The translations under genes were made by a program, and so were the position numbers. From the NCBI RefSeq assembly GCF_004010195.1, contig NC_057719.1, forward strand, positions 888,832 to 939,221: a DNA stretch of 50,390 nucleotides, read 5' to 3'. This stretch comes from Chiloscyllium plagiosum. Taxonomy: Eukaryota. The notes under the pieces are model-generated. The model ran no database searches. It was not told the DNA's origin and was given only the letters and a program-made list of their open reading frames with translations. Positions 47,775 through 50,390 of the stretch are shown here, piece after piece (the first letter of the stretch is position 1; each line of letters begins with the position of its first letter).

Positions 47775-48093
47775 ATTAGATTAGATTCCCTACAGTGTGG
47801 AAACAGGCCCTTCAGCCCAACAAGTCCACACCGACCCTCTGAAGAGCAACCCACCCAGACCCATTCCCCTACATTTACTACTGACCAATCTACCTAACAC
47901 TACGGGCAATTTAGCATGGCCAATTCACCTGACCTGCACATCTTTGGACTATGGGAGGAAACCCAGAGGAAACCCACACAGATATGGGGAGAATGTGCAA
48001 ACTCCACACAGACAGTTGCCTGAGGTGGGAATTGAACCCGGGTCACTAGCGCTGTGAAGCAGCAGTGCTAACCACTGTGCCACCGTGCCACCC
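47775..48093 (-). mobile_element. HE1-type SINE
   Basis: Consensus match; (attag)n tail. Confidence 0.93.
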
Positions 48094-48213
48094 CAGTTGC
48101 TCAGGCTGGTCCAGGAACCAATACACTAACATGGACAACAGACATTGAGACCAACACAATACAAAGTGTGAAGAATACAAAGAAGACCTACTTCAGGATT
48201 CTCTTCAGGTTAA

Positions 48214-48545
48214 GGGCGGCACGGTGGCTCAGTGGTTAGCACTGCTATCTCACAGCGCCAGGGACCCGGGTTTGATTCCAGCCTCGGGTGACTGTCTGTG
48301 TGGAGTTTGCACATTTTCCCCGTGTCTGCGTGGATGTGCTCTGGTTTCCTCCCACAGTCCAAAGATGTGTAGGTCAGGGTGGATTGGCTATGCTAAATTG
48401 TCCATACTGTTCAGGGATGTGTGAGTTAGATGTATTAGTCAGGGGTAAATATAGGGTAGGGGATTTGGGTCTGGGTGGGTTACTCTTCCGAGGGTTGGTG
48501 TGGACTTGTTGGGCCAAAGGGCCTGTTTCCGCACTGTAGGGATGC
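48214..48545 (+). mobile_element. HE1-type SINE
   Basis: gggcggcacggtggctcagtggttagcactgc head with A/B-box-like motifs. Confidence 0.93.
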
Positions 48546-48649
48546 TTTAAAAAAAAGTTAACATGCAAATGCAATCTTAGCATTCATTTCAAGAAGGCTT
48601 GATTGAACTGTCAATTACAAAGGGACATAATTTTAAAGTGAAAACAAGA

Positions 48650-49570
48650 CCATAAGATATAAAGGCAGAATTAAGCTATTCAATCCATTGAATCAATCAG
48701 ATTCCCCTCATCCTGCTAAACCCCATCGAGTACAGACCCAGAGTCCTCAACCACCCCTCATCTGACAAACCCTTCAGCTCTGGGAGCCTTTCTTGTGAAC
48801 CTCTTCTGGGTCCCCTCTAATACCAAAACATCCTTCTTTAGATATGGGACACAAAACTGTTTGCAATATTCCAAATGTAGTCTGACCAGAGCTTTATCCA
48901 GCCTCAGCAGTACATCTCACCCTCTTGAGATGAATGCTAACATTTCATTTGCCTTCCTAACTGCCAACTGAACCTCCATGTTAACTTGAAGACAATCCTG
49001 AACTAGAACTCCCAAGTCCCTTTGTGTTTCAGATAACCGAATGCCTCTAATCTTCCTACCAAAGTGCATAACCTCACAGTTTCCCACATTGTATTCTATC
49101 TGCTAATTGTTTGCCCACTCTCTAGCCTGTCTAAGTCCTACTGCAGCCTCCCTGTTTCCTCAACATTACCTGTCCCCATCTTTACATCATCTGTAAACTT
49201 AGTAACAATGCCCTCAGTTCTTTTGTGCAGATCATTAATGTATAATGTGAGTAACTGTGGTCCCAACACTGATCCCCATGGAGCTCCACTAGCCACGGCT
49301 GACATCCTGAAAAAGACATTGTTATCCCCACTCTCTGCCTTCTGTCAGTCAGCCAATCCTCTATCCATGCTGAAAAATGTGTTGCTGGAAACGCGCAGCA
49401 GGTCAGGCAGCATCCAAGGAGCAGGAGAATCGACGTTTTGGTCATGAGCCCTTCTTCAGGAATCCTCTATCCATGCCAGTACCTTGTCTCAGAACACTAT
49501 GGGCTTTTATCTTATTCAGCAGCCTCCTGTGCAGCACCTTGTTAAAGGCCTTCTGGAAATCCAAATAGGT
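48650..49570 (-). mobile_element. Degenerate CR1, interrupted by a family-B insertion (49371-49460) with perfect 16-bp TSD
   Basis: YLDFQKAFNKVLH; aatcctctatccatgc at 49355-49370 and 49461-49476. Confidence 0.88.
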
Positions 49571-49571
49571 C

Positions 49572-50390
49572 ATGTGAATCCAAGGAAAGTGATGGGACCA
49601 GACGGAGTACCAGGCCGTGCACTCAGAGCATGTGCAGATCAACTGGCAGAGGTCTTCTCAGACATCTTCAACCTCTCCCTGCAGCTGGCCACTGTCCCGG
49701 CCTGTTTCAGGAGGGCCATCATCATCCCTGTGCCTAAGAAGGCTCATGCAGCATGTCTCAATGACTACCGTCCAGTGGTCCTAACTTCGGTGGTCAGGAA
49801 GTGTTTTGAAAGGCTGGTCATGGCATTAATCAACTCCAGCCTCCCCACTACTCTTGACCCACCCCAAGTTGCCTATCGGACCAACAGATCTATGTCAGAT
49901 GCCATATCACTTGCCCATCACTCCTCCCTAGAACATCTTGACACCAAGAACAGCTATGTAAGAATCCTACCCATTAACTACAGTTCAGCCTCCAATACTA
50001 TTATCCCCTCGAGACTGATTACAAAACTTAGTGATCTCGGACTAAGCCCCACTCTCTGCAACTGGATCTATAGTTTCCTGACCCACAGGCGACAATCAGT
50101 GAAGATTGGGGACAATATTTCATCCTCACTAACATTTAACAATAGAGCCCCCCAGGGGTGTGTACTCAGCCCCTTACTGTACTCACTGTATATACATGAC
50201 TGCATCGCCAAATACCAGACTAATGCCATTTACAAGTTCACTGATGACACCACCATAGTCGGTTGAATCTCAGATGGTGACGAAACAGACTACAGACAGG
50301 AGGTGGAAGACCTGGAAAAATGGTGCACTGAGAACAACCTAGCTCTTAATGCTGGCAAAACCAAGGGACTCATTATTGACTTTCGGTGGG
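49572..50390 (+). mobile_element. Rex1/Babar-type LINE reverse transcriptase, runs off the window edge, premature stop at 50266
   Basis: VNPRKVMGPDGVPGRALRACADQL, LNDYRPVVLTS, APQGCVLSPLLYSLY, KFTDDTT. Confidence 0.92.

Noticed and set aside
48214..48290. tRNA-like sequences (also ~11372, 32519, 34832)
   Set aside because: SINE heads continuing into the SINE body, not tRNA genes.
49484..50266. 260-aa RT ORF as a domesticated or active gene
   Set aside because: Chimera of antisense CR1 and Rex1-type RT, with degenerate motifs and a premature stop.

Overview
Eukaryotic genomic DNA from a cartilaginous fish: HE1-type V-SINEs and HER1/CR1 LINEs point to an elasmobranch, possibly a bamboo-shark-like species (inference). 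Most of the window is nested retroelement debris (CR1, a second CR1/L2-group LINE with a partner tRNA-SINE, HE1 SINEs, Rex1/Babar, Penelope-like elements), plus mini/microsatellites and three assembly gaps. One host gene can be reconstructed: six phase-compatible GT-AG exons on the minus strand (33571-33515, 33312-33236, 32064-32013, 18122-17881, 16815-16671, 14263-14078) encode the N-terminal part of a CCDC170-like coiled-coil protein. Its 3' exons were not found. The most unusual signal is a set of short Penelope-related insertions from at least three sequence families that carry minimal hammerhead-ribozyme motifs (CUGAUGA-helix II-GAAA plus a palindromic ACGU/AGCU helix III). They are often arranged as inverted repeats with target-site duplications, and two intact-core copies lie sense to the host pre-mRNA in its 14-kb intron. 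Most ORFs in the track are retroelement, microsatellite or gap artefacts. Family names come from recalled sequence similarity, not database searches, and repeat boundaries are approximate.
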